The position numbers and the translations under genes are program-made. From a virus (taxonomy: Duplodnaviria > Caudoviricetes): 64,000 bases of DNA. Shown piece by piece: positions 30,800-40,119 of the stretch (within the stretch, counting starts at the first letter, position 1; each line of letters opens with the position of its first letter). The stretch spans positions 12,953 to 76,952 of IMG/VR virus record IMGVR_UViG_3300005805_000072. The stretch is one strand, 5' to 3'. The notes under the pieces are model-generated. The model saw nothing but the letters and a program-made list of their open reading frames with translations, did no database searches and was not told the DNA's origin.

Positions 30800-32716
30800 A
30801 TGAGCAGACTACCTGTACAACTCAGCCCTGGTGTGAATTATTCGGAAATCGACATAACCACGGTTGTTCCAAATGTTGCAACGACAATTGGAGCATTCGC
30901 GGGTGTCTTTCAATGGGGACCAGCGGAAAAAGTAACCACAGTTACTTCGGAAGATAACCTAGTCACCGTTTTCGGAAAGCCTCTAAGCACAGAAGAGGGT
31001 ATAGATTTCCATTGTGCCGCAAACTTCCTACAGTATGGAAGAAACCTAAAGGTAGTACGAGTCATCGGCTCAAACGAAACCACTGCCAATAGCGCAGGTA
31101 TTACGGGTGTACAATACCTAAACGAGGATGACTTCTTTGCCAGAAGTGACGAACTTACTTCTCCTTTCTATGCTCGTTATCCAGGAGTTTTAGGAAATTC
31201 CCTGAAAGTTGTTCTTCTTGATGATAATGGTCAGGCAAACCTGACGGTTGGTGCCACCGCAGCGGTTGGATCAACAACCATCAAGTTCACCACTGCTCTA
31301 GGTGGAACTGCTGAAGAAAATGACAAACTCATCTTTCAGACATCGAACTTCTCACAAGTCTTCCAAATTGATTCGGCATCGGGCTTGACGGCAACACTAA
31401 AGACCGTGGTTGCAAGCACCATTCCAAATGGAGCAACAGTAATCTTCCGTAGCAAGTATGCGGATTTGTTCCCAATATCTGCCGATACAAGCACACAGTC
31501 AACCAACCTTGGCGGAAGCAATGACGAGTTGAATGTTGTTGTTGTGGATGAAGATGGTCTTTTCACAGGAACAGAAGGCGTTGTTCTTGAGACATATCAG
31601 AATGTCTCAAAGGCATATGATGCAAAGAACAATGATGGCGCACCAAACTATATCGGTGCAGTTCTAAACAACAACTCCAACTATATCTGGGCTGGAGATG
31701 TGGAGTCTCTTTGGGGTGCTGCGACTCAAGAATCCATCACGACTGACTTCGGTGACATAACAACGGGATTCACGGCAGCAGGAGTGTCTACTTACGGAAT
31801 GACCGGAGCAGCCGAAGGAACCAACAATAGCAACCGCCTCTATATCGGTGGATACAGCAAGTTCCTAGACAAGGAGAGTGTGGACATATCGCTTCTCATT
31901 GCAGGACGGGCGGGTGGAGACGACTTTGCCGAGACAAACATCAAGTTGCTTCGTGACTTGGTAAATGATCGTAAGGATTGCGTGTTGTTCATCTCACCAA
32001 AACTACAGAATGTACTTAACAAGTCTCAATTGGCTGCAACCAATGCAACCATAACAACACGAAATGCATACGATATCAACTCATCATATGTCGTCATGGA
32101 CAGTGGATGGAAGTACATTTATGACAAGTACAATGACAAGTTCCGCTATATTCCACTTAACGCAGACATCGCTGGTCTGTGTGCAAGAAGCGAATTCAAC
32201 ACACAGGCATGGTACTCGCCAGCAGGTCTCAATAGAGGAATCATAAAGAATGTCATCAAGTTGGCATTCAATCCAGATCAATCCTCACGCGATCTTCTTT
32301 ATGTCGCTGGTGTGAATCCTGTGGTAACATTCAGCGGAGAGGGAACTGTTCTTTACGGCGACAAGACCATGTTGAAGAAGCCAAGTGCATTCGACCGCAT
32401 CAATGTCCGTAGGCTGTTCATCACCCTTGAAAAGGCTATATCAACTGCCTCTAAATACTCATTGTTTGAGTTCAATGATGAGTTTACCAGATCGCAGTTC
32501 CGCAACCTTGTCGTTCCATATCTAAGAAGCGTGCAGTCACAGAGAGGCATCATCGATTTCAAGGTGGTCTGCGACGAGACCAACAATACTGGATCGGTCA
32601 TAGATGCCAATCAGTTCGTGGCAGACATCTATATCAAGCCGAACAGAAGCGTAAACTTCATTCAGTTGAACTTCATTGCCACAAGAACAGACAGCAACTT
32701 CACTGAGATCATCTAA
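30800..32716 (+). CDS. gp18: Tail sheath protein, copy 1
   Basis: LSPGVNYSEID; FQWGPAE; ARYPGVLGN; SGWKYIYDKYND; WYSPAGLNRG; SAFDRINVRRLF; IKPNRSVNFIQLNFIA. Confidence 0.95.
   Translation: MSRLPVQLSPGVNYSEIDITTVVPNVATTIGAFAGVFQWGPAEKVTTVTSEDNLVTVFGKPLSTEEGIDFHCAANFLQYGRNLKVVRVIGSNETTANSAGITGVQYLNEDDFFARSDELTSPFYARYPGVLGNSLKVVLLDDNGQANLTVGATAAVGSTTIKFTTALGGTAEENDKLIFQTSNFSQVFQIDSASGLTATLKTVVASTIPNGATVIFRSKYADLFPISADTSTQSTNLGGSNDELNVVVVDEDGLFTGTEGVVLETYQNVSKAYDAKNNDGAPNYIGAVLNNNSNYIWAGDVESLWGAATQESITTDFGDITTGFTAAGVSTYGMTGAAEGTNNSNRLYIGGYSKFLDKESVDISLLIAGRAGGDDFAETNIKLLRDLVNDRKDCVLFISPKLQNVLNKSQLAATNATITTRNAYDINSSYVVMDSGWKYIYDKYNDKFRYIPLNADIAGLCARSEFNTQAWYSPAGLNRGIIKNVIKLAFNPDQSSRDLLYVAGVNPVVTFSGEGTVLYGDKTMLKKPSAFDRINVRRLFITLEKAISTASKYSLFEFNDEFTRSQFRNLVVPYLRSVQSQRGIIDFKVVCDETNNTGSVIDANQFVADIYIKPNRSVNFIQLNFIATRTDSNFTEII
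32654..32686 (+). repeat. 33-nt exact repeat shared by the two sheath genes (other copy 35495-35527); also 30 nt at 32377-32406/35218-35247 and 23 nt at 32489-32511/35330-35352
   Basis: aacttcattcagttgaacttcattgccacaaga read at both loci; gaagccaagtgcattcgaccgcatcaatgt and agatcgcagttccgcaaccttgt likewise. Confidence 0.9.
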
Positions 32717-32725
32717 GGAGATACA

Positions 32726-35557
32726 ATGGCTAATCCCATTCCAACGCAACTTAGCCCAGGCGTAAATGTTTCGGAGATTGATCTATCGACATTTATTGCC
32801 GAAGAATCGCCAAATGTGGGCGGCATGGCAGGTGTCTTCAATTGGGGACCATGCCTTGTAGGAACAAGAGTCACCACGGAAAGTGACCTTGCTTCCATCT
32901 TTGGAAAGCCAACTCTTGATCAATTTGATGTAAACACCAACATTGATTTCAATGCTGCTGCAAACTTCCTGCGCTACTCCAACAACCTCAAGGTTGTTCG
33001 CATCTTGCAGGATGGGGATTACAATGCAGTATCAACTGATGTGGGAGTAACCTGGATCAATAGCGTGACATACCCAACCATCAAGAACGAGGATGAATTT
33101 CGCGATCTTGGTGGATTCTCTGGCAATGCTGGCATTGAGACCAAGTCATACTTCAAGGCAAGATATCCTGGAAACTTTGGAAATGGGCTTGCTGTTGTTG
33201 TCTTTGATGGAACCACAGCAGAAAGCATACCCGTTGGCGGTGGTATAGGATACAGGGACTACACACTGTCTGGTGGCTATGCCAATGTAGCGACTCTATC
33301 GGGAGTCAGTTATGGTGTAGGAGGAGTAACATTTCAAGCATCCCGTGTCATAGAAGTAGAAGATGGTGCAGATAAAAATGGCGCGCCTATCTTTAGGAAA
33401 ATAGTCACACCCATAGGCTCGGCAAGTGGTTATACATTTTCTACATTCAACTGGTATATGCTCACCTTTGACATACCAGATAGTTTCAACAGTGCAAATG
33501 AGTTCATAAGCAACTTCGTTGATAATGGCAAATTCCTTTATGCCACTGGCACTACAACTGAAAATCGAACTGCAATGGAGAATGGCAATAATCCAAATGG
33601 AAATAATGGAAATCTGTTGCCTCTGAGGGCATTTGCTCCGAGTTACAATGGAAGGGAAACGAATCCATATGTTGAATTTGGAATACCGAACTTTACGGCA
33701 GATGGATCTGGAATAAGGGTATTGATTGCACCAACACCTAACGCTCCTAAGAAGGTAGATTTCTTCTTCCCTGCATTTGATGGCACAAACATCAATGTAT
33801 TCATACCAGGACAAACATATTCATTTGGTAGTCCTGTGGGAGATGCAAGAGTATGGACAACAAGTGTTGTAGACTCAACATCCCACCCTTCGCACTTCTC
33901 TTTGTTTAATATCGGAGATAATTTTGGTGATTACACTGGTAACTATGTTGATCCAAATGATGATGTACCCTGGGGAAATGTCGCACAAAGATTCATGCGC
34001 TACATTCAAGTTTGGTCTGGTGTTGGAAATCTCATAGACGGGGCTGCTGCTGGCAACGGGCTTGGTTGGGCGAATCTCATCGGAATAACTGGAACAAGAG
34101 AGATCAGGACTCTTTCCGAGAGCGGCGTTCTTGGAATCGCAGCAATCAATTTTGATTCCGGTGGTGGTATCACGGGCATCAGAAGAAACTTTGGAAATGG
34201 AATAGTCCAAATAGGCGATTTGCTCGGAACTTCCACAACCACTGTAGAAGAATCCTACGAATCAACTCGCATATTTGACAAGATGCCAGGAACATCAAGG
34301 TATGCAGAGGCAGTCGGCGGAAGCAATGATGAGATCAGTATTGCAGTGATTGATGTTGGAGGAAAGTTCGGACCAAGAGGAGGAATTCTTGAGAAGTTTG
34401 AACTCCTTTCCAAGGCAACTGATGCCAAGAACCTTGATGGTCAGCCAATCTACTACAAGGACTACATCAATCAGAATTCTTCCTATGTCTATCTGACAAG
34501 AGCATTCGGTTTCACTGGCGGTGGAACAAACAGTTCAGATGCAACCACGGCATTCGGTGACATCTATACGAATTACTCTAGTGGAGGACTCACTTACAAC
34601 CGCACGGGATTCTATGATGCCTCATTCGACTTCGGTGAATCTAGCATCAATGCTGTATCAGCACAAGAACTCGCGGCAGGATATTCGGTGTTCCTAAACG
34701 ACGATGATGCTGCCGATGTTCTTTTCCTTCCCGAGTCAAGCGTATCTGATGATCAGAGTGGAGACTTGACCACCGTGGAACAGTTGATCTACGAAAATGT
34801 GATACAGCCAAGGAAGGACACTATACTTGTCATTCCTACTCCACCTCCTGCACCCTCAAGTAGACAGTCATCTTTCATTGCAACGAATGCAATCACCTAT
34901 CGCAAGAGCGGTCTTCAGTTGCCAGCGAATTCCTATACGGTTCTTGTGGCAGGAAGAAAACTCTACTTCGATGCATTCAATGCTCAAACAAGAAGAATGT
35001 CTCTTTCATCCGATGTCGCTGGCATCATGTGCGCTCAGGAACTTTATTGGGAATCTCCAGCCGGATTTGCAAGAGGAAATCTCAAGAATGCCATCAGGCT
35101 TGAGACCAACTTCACCAAGGCAGATCGTGATGAACTCTACAGAAATCAGATCAATTTCTTCGTCAACTTCAATGATGGCGGCGGAAATGTCCTTCTTGGA
35201 GACAAGACTCTGCTGACGAAGCCAAGTGCATTCGACCGCATCAATGTACGAAGAGTATTCATTGCCATAGAGAAGGCAATATCTAAGTCTGCCAAGTATT
35301 CGCTCTTTGAATTCAATGATGAGTTCACAAGATCGCAGTTCCGCAACCTTGTTGCTCCATTCCTTGCAAGCCTTGCTGGAAGAAGAGCAATCGCAGATTA
35401 CAAGGTTGTCTGCGATGAGACAAACAATACAAGTTCGGTAATCGATGCGAATCAATTCGTTGCCGATATCTACATCAAGCCATTGAAGTCCATCAACTTC
35501 ATTCAGTTGAACTTCATTGCCACAAGATCCGATCAAAATCTCACCACGATAGAATAA
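32726..35557 (+). CDS. gp18: Tail sheath protein, copy 2 (943 aa, large internal insertion)
   Basis: LSPGVNVSEID; FNWGP; ARYPGNFGN; WESPAGFARG; SAFDRINVRRVF; IKPLKSINFIQLNFIA. Confidence 0.92.
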   Translation: MANPIPTQLSPGVNVSEIDLSTFIAEESPNVGGMAGVFNWGPCLVGTRVTTESDLASIFGKPTLDQFDVNTNIDFNAAANFLRYSNNLKVVRILQDGDYNAVSTDVGVTWINSVTYPTIKNEDEFRDLGGFSGNAGIETKSYFKARYPGNFGNGLAVVVFDGTTAESIPVGGGIGYRDYTLSGGYANVATLSGVSYGVGGVTFQASRVIEVEDGADKNGAPIFRKIVTPIGSASGYTFSTFNWYMLTFDIPDSFNSANEFISNFVDNGKFLYATGTTTENRTAMENGNNPNGNNGNLLPLRAFAPSYNGRETNPYVEFGIPNFTADGSGIRVLIAPTPNAPKKVDFFFPAFDGTNINVFIPGQTYSFGSPVGDARVWTTSVVDSTSHPSHFSLFNIGDNFGDYTGNYVDPNDDVPWGNVAQRFMRYIQVWSGVGNLIDGAAAGNGLGWANLIGITGTREIRTLSESGVLGIAAINFDSGGGITGIRRNFGNGIVQIGDLLGTSTTTVEESYESTRIFDKMPGTSRYAEAVGGSNDEISIAVIDVGGKFGPRGGILEKFELLSKATDAKNLDGQPIYYKDYINQNSSYVYLTRAFGFTGGGTNSSDATTAFGDIYTNYSSGGLTYNRTGFYDASFDFGESSINAVSAQELAAGYSVFLNDDDAADVLFLPESSVSDDQSGDLTTVEQLIYENVIQPRKDTILVIPTPPPAPSSRQSSFIATNAITYRKSGLQLPANSYTVLVAGRKLYFDAFNAQTRRMSLSSDVAGIMCAQELYWESPAGFARGNLKNAIRLETNFTKADRDELYRNQINFFVNFNDGGGNVLLGDKTLLTKPSAFDRINVRRVFIAIEKAISKSAKYSLFEFNDEFTRSQFRNLVAPFLASLAGRRAIADYKVVCDETNNTSSVIDANQFVADIYIKPLKSINFIQLNFIATRSDQNLTTIE

Positions 35558-35560
35558 ATA
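35554..35560 (+). promoter_or_regulatory. gp55-type late promoter upstream of gp19
   Basis: ATAAATA overlapping the sheath-2 stop codon; resembles T4 TATAAATA. Confidence 0.6.
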
Positions 35561-35579
35561 GGGTAAGAGGGAGAACTAG

Positions 35580-36149
35580 ATGAACATCAGAAATTTTGCC
35601 AACTCATTCACTGGAGCAGGTGTAAAGCCAACACTATTCGAGGTACAGGGAAGAATCGGTGGAACTGAAAGTCCATTGACTCCCTTCCTTGTCCGTGCTG
35701 CATCGCTGCCAGGAACCGCATTGGGAACGATTGAGGTTCCTTATCGTGGTCGTAGATTGAAGGTTCCTGGAGACCGTGTGTTCTCAGATTGGACTATTTC
35801 GATCTACAATGACAGCAAGTTCCAGTTGAGAACATTGTTTGAACTATGGGTTGATGGTATTCAGTCCATGCAGAGAAATGTCGCGGCAAATGAGTTTGTG
35901 AATTTCTCACAGCCAATCTTCTGCGATTGGACTGTCAATCAACTCGACAGAACCGGAAAGCCGGTCAAGGCATATACGCTTGTAGGCTGCTTCCCAACAG
36001 ATATTTCTGCAATTGATTTGAGTTACGATGCAACGGATCAGATTGAGGAGTTCTCAGTCACCCTATCGTACTCCTACTTCACTTCGAACACTGGTACTCC
36101 AGACGCAACGCCGCTTCCAACACTCACGCAACTCACTCCTGGTGGTTGA
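35580..36149 (+). CDS. gp19: Tail tube protein
   Basis: FLVRAASLPGTALGTIEVPYRGRRLKVPGDRVFSDWTISIYND; FPTDISAIDLSYD...IEEFSVTLSY. Confidence 0.95.
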   Translation: MNIRNFANSFTGAGVKPTLFEVQGRIGGTESPLTPFLVRAASLPGTALGTIEVPYRGRRLKVPGDRVFSDWTISIYNDSKFQLRTLFELWVDGIQSMQRNVAANEFVNFSQPIFCDWTVNQLDRTGKPVKAYTLVGCFPTDISAIDLSYDATDQIEEFSVTLSYSYFTSNTGTPDATPLPTLTQLTPGG

Positions 36150-36173
36150 TGACTTTTTTTATCGGAGAGATAG

Positions 36174-37847
36174 ATGGCATTTGAACTTTTTGGTTATTCT
36201 ATAGGCAAGGTCGGCAAGGCACCTCCGAGTCAGAGGAACGAGGAAATCACAGCAAACGCATCGTTTGCTCCTCCCTCCTACGATGATGGTGCCTTGCCTG
36301 TCACTTCGGGCGTATACTTCAGTTCATACATGGATTTCGATGGTGGCATAAAGGCTACCAGCGACATGATTCGCAAGTATCGCGAGATGTCACTTTATCC
36401 CGAAGTCGAGATGGCAATCGCAGACATCTGCGATGAATCGATTGTCTATGATGACAGCAACAGCCCCGTCGAGATAAAGATCGATGACAAGCGCATACCT
36501 CCAAAGATCAAGGAAAAGATAGAAGTCGAGTTTGATGAGATTCTTCGACTCCTAAAGTTCCAAGACAAAGGTTACGAGATCTTCCGAAAGTGGTACATAG
36601 ACGGAAGACTCTACTATCACAAGATCATAGACAAGGACAATCCCAAGCAAGGTCTTGTGGAACTCCGACCGATTGAAGCAACAAACATCCGCAAGGTCAG
36701 GAACATCACCAAGAAGAAAGACCAAAAGACGAGTGCAGAGGTCGTGTCCAAGGTCGATGAGTTCTTCATCTACAATGAGCGTGAAGAAAACATCACAACA
36801 ACAGCAGCGTATACCCCAGCAACTCCGCTCAAGGGAGTCAAGATCGCTCCAGATTCAATCTGCTATGTTCATAGCGGATTGTTCGATGCTGGCAAGAAAA
36901 GAGTTCTCTCCTACATCCACAAGGCATTGAAGCCAATGAATCAGTTGAAGATGGTCGAGGATGCACTTGTCATCTATCGTCTATCTCGCGCTCCTGAGCG
37001 AAGAGTCTTCTATGTCGATGTCGGCAATCTCCCGAAGGCAAAAGCAGAGCAGTATCTCAAGGAGATCATGAACCGCTATCGAAACAAGTTGGTCTATGAT
37101 GCATCCACGGGAGAGATGAAGGACGAACGAAGACACATGAGCATGTTGGAGGACTTCTGGATGCCTCGCCGCGAAGGTGGCAAGGGAACCGAAGTGACCA
37201 CTCTTCCTGGTGGACAGAATCTTGGTCAGATGGACGATGTGCTTTACTTCCAGAAGAAACTATACAAGTCTCTCAATGTCCCCATCTCCCGCCTTGAAAC
37301 CGATCAAAACGGCTTCAACATGGGAAGACAGGCAGAGATCACCAGAGACGAACTGAAGTTCTTCCGCTTCATTGAAAGACTCCGTAAGAAGTTCTCTGAA
37401 CTGTTCCGCGAACTCCTCAAGACTCAGTTGATTCTTAAGGGAGTCATCACCAAGGACGATTGGGAATACATTCATCCGAATCTTGAGTTCCGTTTCCGCA
37501 AGGATTCCTACTTCACTGAAGCCAAGGATAACGAGATACTCACAAATAGATACAATCTCGTCACGACAGCAGATGCACATATCGGCAAGTATTTCTCCAA
37601 GAAGTACATTCAGAAGACCATTCTTCGCATGACCAATGAAGAGATAGCGGACATCGAAAATGAGATTCAGTCTGAGAAGGAAACCGATCCAAACGCCGCA
37701 GTGCCAACCTCGGTTTCTACTCAAGTCACGACTCAGCAGATGACTGGCGACATTCAGATGCAGCAGCAGATGCAGCAGATGCAGCATCAGTCGGATCTAG
37801 AACAAGAGGCAGAGAAGGAAAAAAAGCCAGCAAAGAAGAAAGCCTAA
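36174..37847 (+). CDS. gp20: Portal protein
   Basis: FRKWYIDGRLYYHK; EDALVIYRLSRAPERRVFYVDVGNLPKAKAEQYL; MLEDFWMPRREGGKGTEVTTLPGGQNLG. Confidence 0.97.
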   Translation: MAFELFGYSIGKVGKAPPSQRNEEITANASFAPPSYDDGALPVTSGVYFSSYMDFDGGIKATSDMIRKYREMSLYPEVEMAIADICDESIVYDDSNSPVEIKIDDKRIPPKIKEKIEVEFDEILRLLKFQDKGYEIFRKWYIDGRLYYHKIIDKDNPKQGLVELRPIEATNIRKVRNITKKKDQKTSAEVVSKVDEFFIYNEREENITTTAAYTPATPLKGVKIAPDSICYVHSGLFDAGKKRVLSYIHKALKPMNQLKMVEDALVIYRLSRAPERRVFYVDVGNLPKAKAEQYLKEIMNRYRNKLVYDASTGEMKDERRHMSMLEDFWMPRREGGKGTEVTTLPGGQNLGQMDDVLYFQKKLYKSLNVPISRLETDQNGFNMGRQAEITRDELKFFRFIERLRKKFSELFRELLKTQLILKGVITKDDWEYIHPNLEFRFRKDSYFTEAKDNEILTNRYNLVTTADAHIGKYFSKKYIQKTILRMTNEEIADIENEIQSEKETDPNAAVPTSVSTQVTTQQMTGDIQMQQQMQQMQHQSDLEQEAEKEKKPAKKKA

Positions 37848-37850
37848 ATA
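37844..37850 (+). promoter_or_regulatory. Late promoter upstream of the prohead core gene
   Basis: CTAAATA at the gene junction. Confidence 0.55.
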
Positions 37851-37855
37851 TCTAA

Positions 37856-38254
37856 ATGGAGAATCACATGAACCCATCAAATGACCTCATCAGGGCAATA
37901 GTTGACGAAGACTTCGTCTCTGCCAAGGAACTGACCAACAACCTCATCTTTACTGCCGTAGCCGATGTTCTTGACGATGCAAAGAGAGAGGTTGCAGCAG
38001 AACTCTTCAGCGAGTGCGAAACTTGTGGTGATGATGTAAGCGAAGCAAAGATGTCTGCCAATCGCTATGGCGGTGGAAAGCCATTCAATTGGAATAAGCC
38101 ACATCCCTCACTTGCCAAGAAAGATTTTGACGGAGATGGGGAGGTCGAGACTCCTAAAGATGAAGTCCACGGCTCTCACATCAATGCTGCGGTCGAGGCA
38201 GGAAGACTGACACCAAGACAGGCTTCGCGGACAAAGAACAAGGGCAAGTATTGA
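37856..38254 (+). CDS. Prohead core-like small protein (gp67/68 position); start may be ATG 37868
   Basis: DLIRAIVDEDFVSAKEL...VLDDAKREVAAELF N-terminus resembles the small gene between gp20 and gp21 in cyanophage-type genomes; C-terminal DFDGDGEVE motif. Confidence 0.6.
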   Translation: MENHMNPSNDLIRAIVDEDFVSAKELTNNLIFTAVADVLDDAKREVAAELFSECETCGDDVSEAKMSANRYGGGKPFNWNKPHPSLAKKDFDGDGEVETPKDEVHGSHINAAVEAGRLTPRQASRTKNKGKY

Positions 38255-38265
38255 AAGGAAACTCC

Positions 38266-38913
38266 ATGCTGCTGATCACAGAACACAAGGAAGACAACAT
38301 TCAGACTCTCGTTGAGGATGCTGGCAGTGGCAAGAAGAACTACTTCATCCGTGGCATCTTCATGGAGTCGGAACTTGTCAACAAGAATGGTCGTAGATAT
38401 CCCTCCGAGATAATGGAGCGGGAAGTCAACAACTACAACAAGAACTACATTGAGACTAGCCGTTCTCTTGGTGAACTTGGGCATCCACAAGGTCCAACCC
38501 TCAATCTAGACCGAGTCTGCCATATCATCAAGGAAATGAAGATGGACGGAAACATCGTCTATGGCAAGGCAAAGATTCTCGACACCCCCTACGGAAACAT
38601 CGTCAAGAACCTGATCGATGAGGGTGTTCGTCTTGGCGTTTCATCACGCGGCATGGGTTCACTCAAGCAAGTCAATGGAATCAATGAAGTACAGGATGAT
38701 TTCAGCCTTGCTACCGTGGACATAGTCGCTGATCCATCAGCCCCAAATGCCTTTGTAAATGGCATCATGGAAGGCAAGGAATGGGTCTGGAACAATGGAA
38801 TCCTACAGGAAAAGCAGATTGCCTCTTACAAAAAGACCATAAAGAAGGCAAATGTCAGGGAACTAGAAGAAGCAAAGTTGGAAGTCTTCAAGGACTTCAT
38901 TTCCAAACTTTAA
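38266..38913 (+). CDS. gp21: Prohead protease (start at ATG 38266, AAGGA upstream)
   Basis: NKNGRRYP; SLGELGHPQGPTLNLDRVCH; LGVSSRGMGSL; DIVADPSAPNAFV. Confidence 0.96.
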   Translation: MLLITEHKEDNIQTLVEDAGSGKKNYFIRGIFMESELVNKNGRRYPSEIMEREVNNYNKNYIETSRSLGELGHPQGPTLNLDRVCHIIKEMKMDGNIVYGKAKILDTPYGNIVKNLIDEGVRLGVSSRGMGSLKQVNGINEVQDDFSLATVDIVADPSAPNAFVNGIMEGKEWVWNNGILQEKQIASYKKTIKKANVRELEEAKLEVFKDFISKL

Positions 38914-38948
38914 GATTTATACATATGGGAAGATAAAGGAGATTTCTC

Positions 38949-40094
38949 ATGCCACAGCCAGAAGAGTTTTTCGAAGAAGAAGAGATCCTTGAGGACACCA
39001 CTCCTGCCAACGAGGAAGAGGTTGACGAGGATGATTACATCGATGAGGATGAAGAAGAACTAGACTTCGAGGATGAGGAAGAACTCACCGAAGATGAGGA
39101 TTCCGAAGAGGAAGAACTCATTGACGAGGATGAGGAATCCGACGAAGAAGATGTCAGCGAGGAGTATGAGGTTGTCGCAACAAGCGATACCGATACCGAC
39201 TTCGGCGGTGGCAAGCCAAAGAGGTGGGCGCAGCCCGATGACAAGTCTGGCATCAACAAGGGAACGATTGCCTCAAAGGTTCCCTTCAAGGGCAAGGCAA
39301 AGATTCCCGACAAGTCCGACTTCACCATGAGCGAGCATGTTGCTGCCATGTTTGATGGAGAGGAACTGTCAGAGGAGTTCAAGAACAAGGCAGTTGCAGT
39401 GTTCGAAGCAGCCATCAATGAGCGTTACGATGCAATCGTCTCGCGCCTTGAGGAAGCCTATGAGCAGACAATCGAAGAGAACACCGTGAAGATTCTTGAT
39501 GAACTCTCATCGCGTGTCAATGACTACATCTCGTACATCGCTGAGGAATGGCTCAAGGAGAACCGTCTTGTTGTCGAGAGCGGCATCAAGACTGAGATTG
39601 CCGAGAACTTCCTCAATGGTATGCGCGAGATCTTCGAAGAGAACTATATTCAGGTTCCAGAGGAGAAGGTCGATCTTGTTGCCGAAATGGAAGACGAGAA
39701 CGACGAACTCAAGGACGAAATCAATGAGCGCGTTGCAGAGAACATGGAACTCCGCAAGGAAATCCTTGCACTCCGCTGCGATGACATCTTTGAGTCGTAT
39801 TGCGATGGTCTAGCGGATACTCAGGTTGAGAAACTCCGCACTCTCGCAGAAGGCATTGAGTTTGACTCAGAGGAAGTCTTCGCAGACAAACTCGCAGTCC
39901 TCAAGGAATCATATTTCGGAAATGCTCGACGGGTCCGCAAGCCAGCATCGGCTTCAATGGATCTTGTCGAGGAGATCGTTCTAGATTCGGGTGAAGATGA
40001 GGCAAATCTCCAAGAACAGGAGAAGTCCTCAGTCAATCCAATCATGGAACATTACACATCAGCACTATCTCGTAAAGGTTTAAAGAACAGGTAA
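38949..40094 (+). CDS. gp22: Prohead scaffold protein
   Basis: LSEEFKNKAVAVFEAAI; YIAEEWLKENRLVVESGIKTEIAENFLNGMREIFEENYIQVPEEKVDLV; acidic N-terminus. Confidence 0.93.
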   Translation: MPQPEEFFEEEEILEDTTPANEEEVDEDDYIDEDEEELDFEDEEELTEDEDSEEEELIDEDEESDEEDVSEEYEVVATSDTDTDFGGGKPKRWAQPDDKSGINKGTIASKVPFKGKAKIPDKSDFTMSEHVAAMFDGEELSEEFKNKAVAVFEAAINERYDAIVSRLEEAYEQTIEENTVKILDELSSRVNDYISYIAEEWLKENRLVVESGIKTEIAENFLNGMREIFEENYIQVPEEKVDLVAEMEDENDELKDEINERVAENMELRKEILALRCDDIFESYCDGLADTQVEKLRTLAEGIEFDSEEVFADKLAVLKESYFGNARRVRKPASASMDLVEEIVLDSGEDEANLQEQEKSSVNPIMEHYTSALSRKGLKNR

Positions 40095-40119
40095 TACACC
40101 TGTACAAGGAGAAAATACA

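Noticed and set aside
38990-39170. Low-complexity GAR/GAY repeats in gp22
   Set aside because: This is the ordinary acidic N-terminus of a scaffold protein, not a DNA repeat element.
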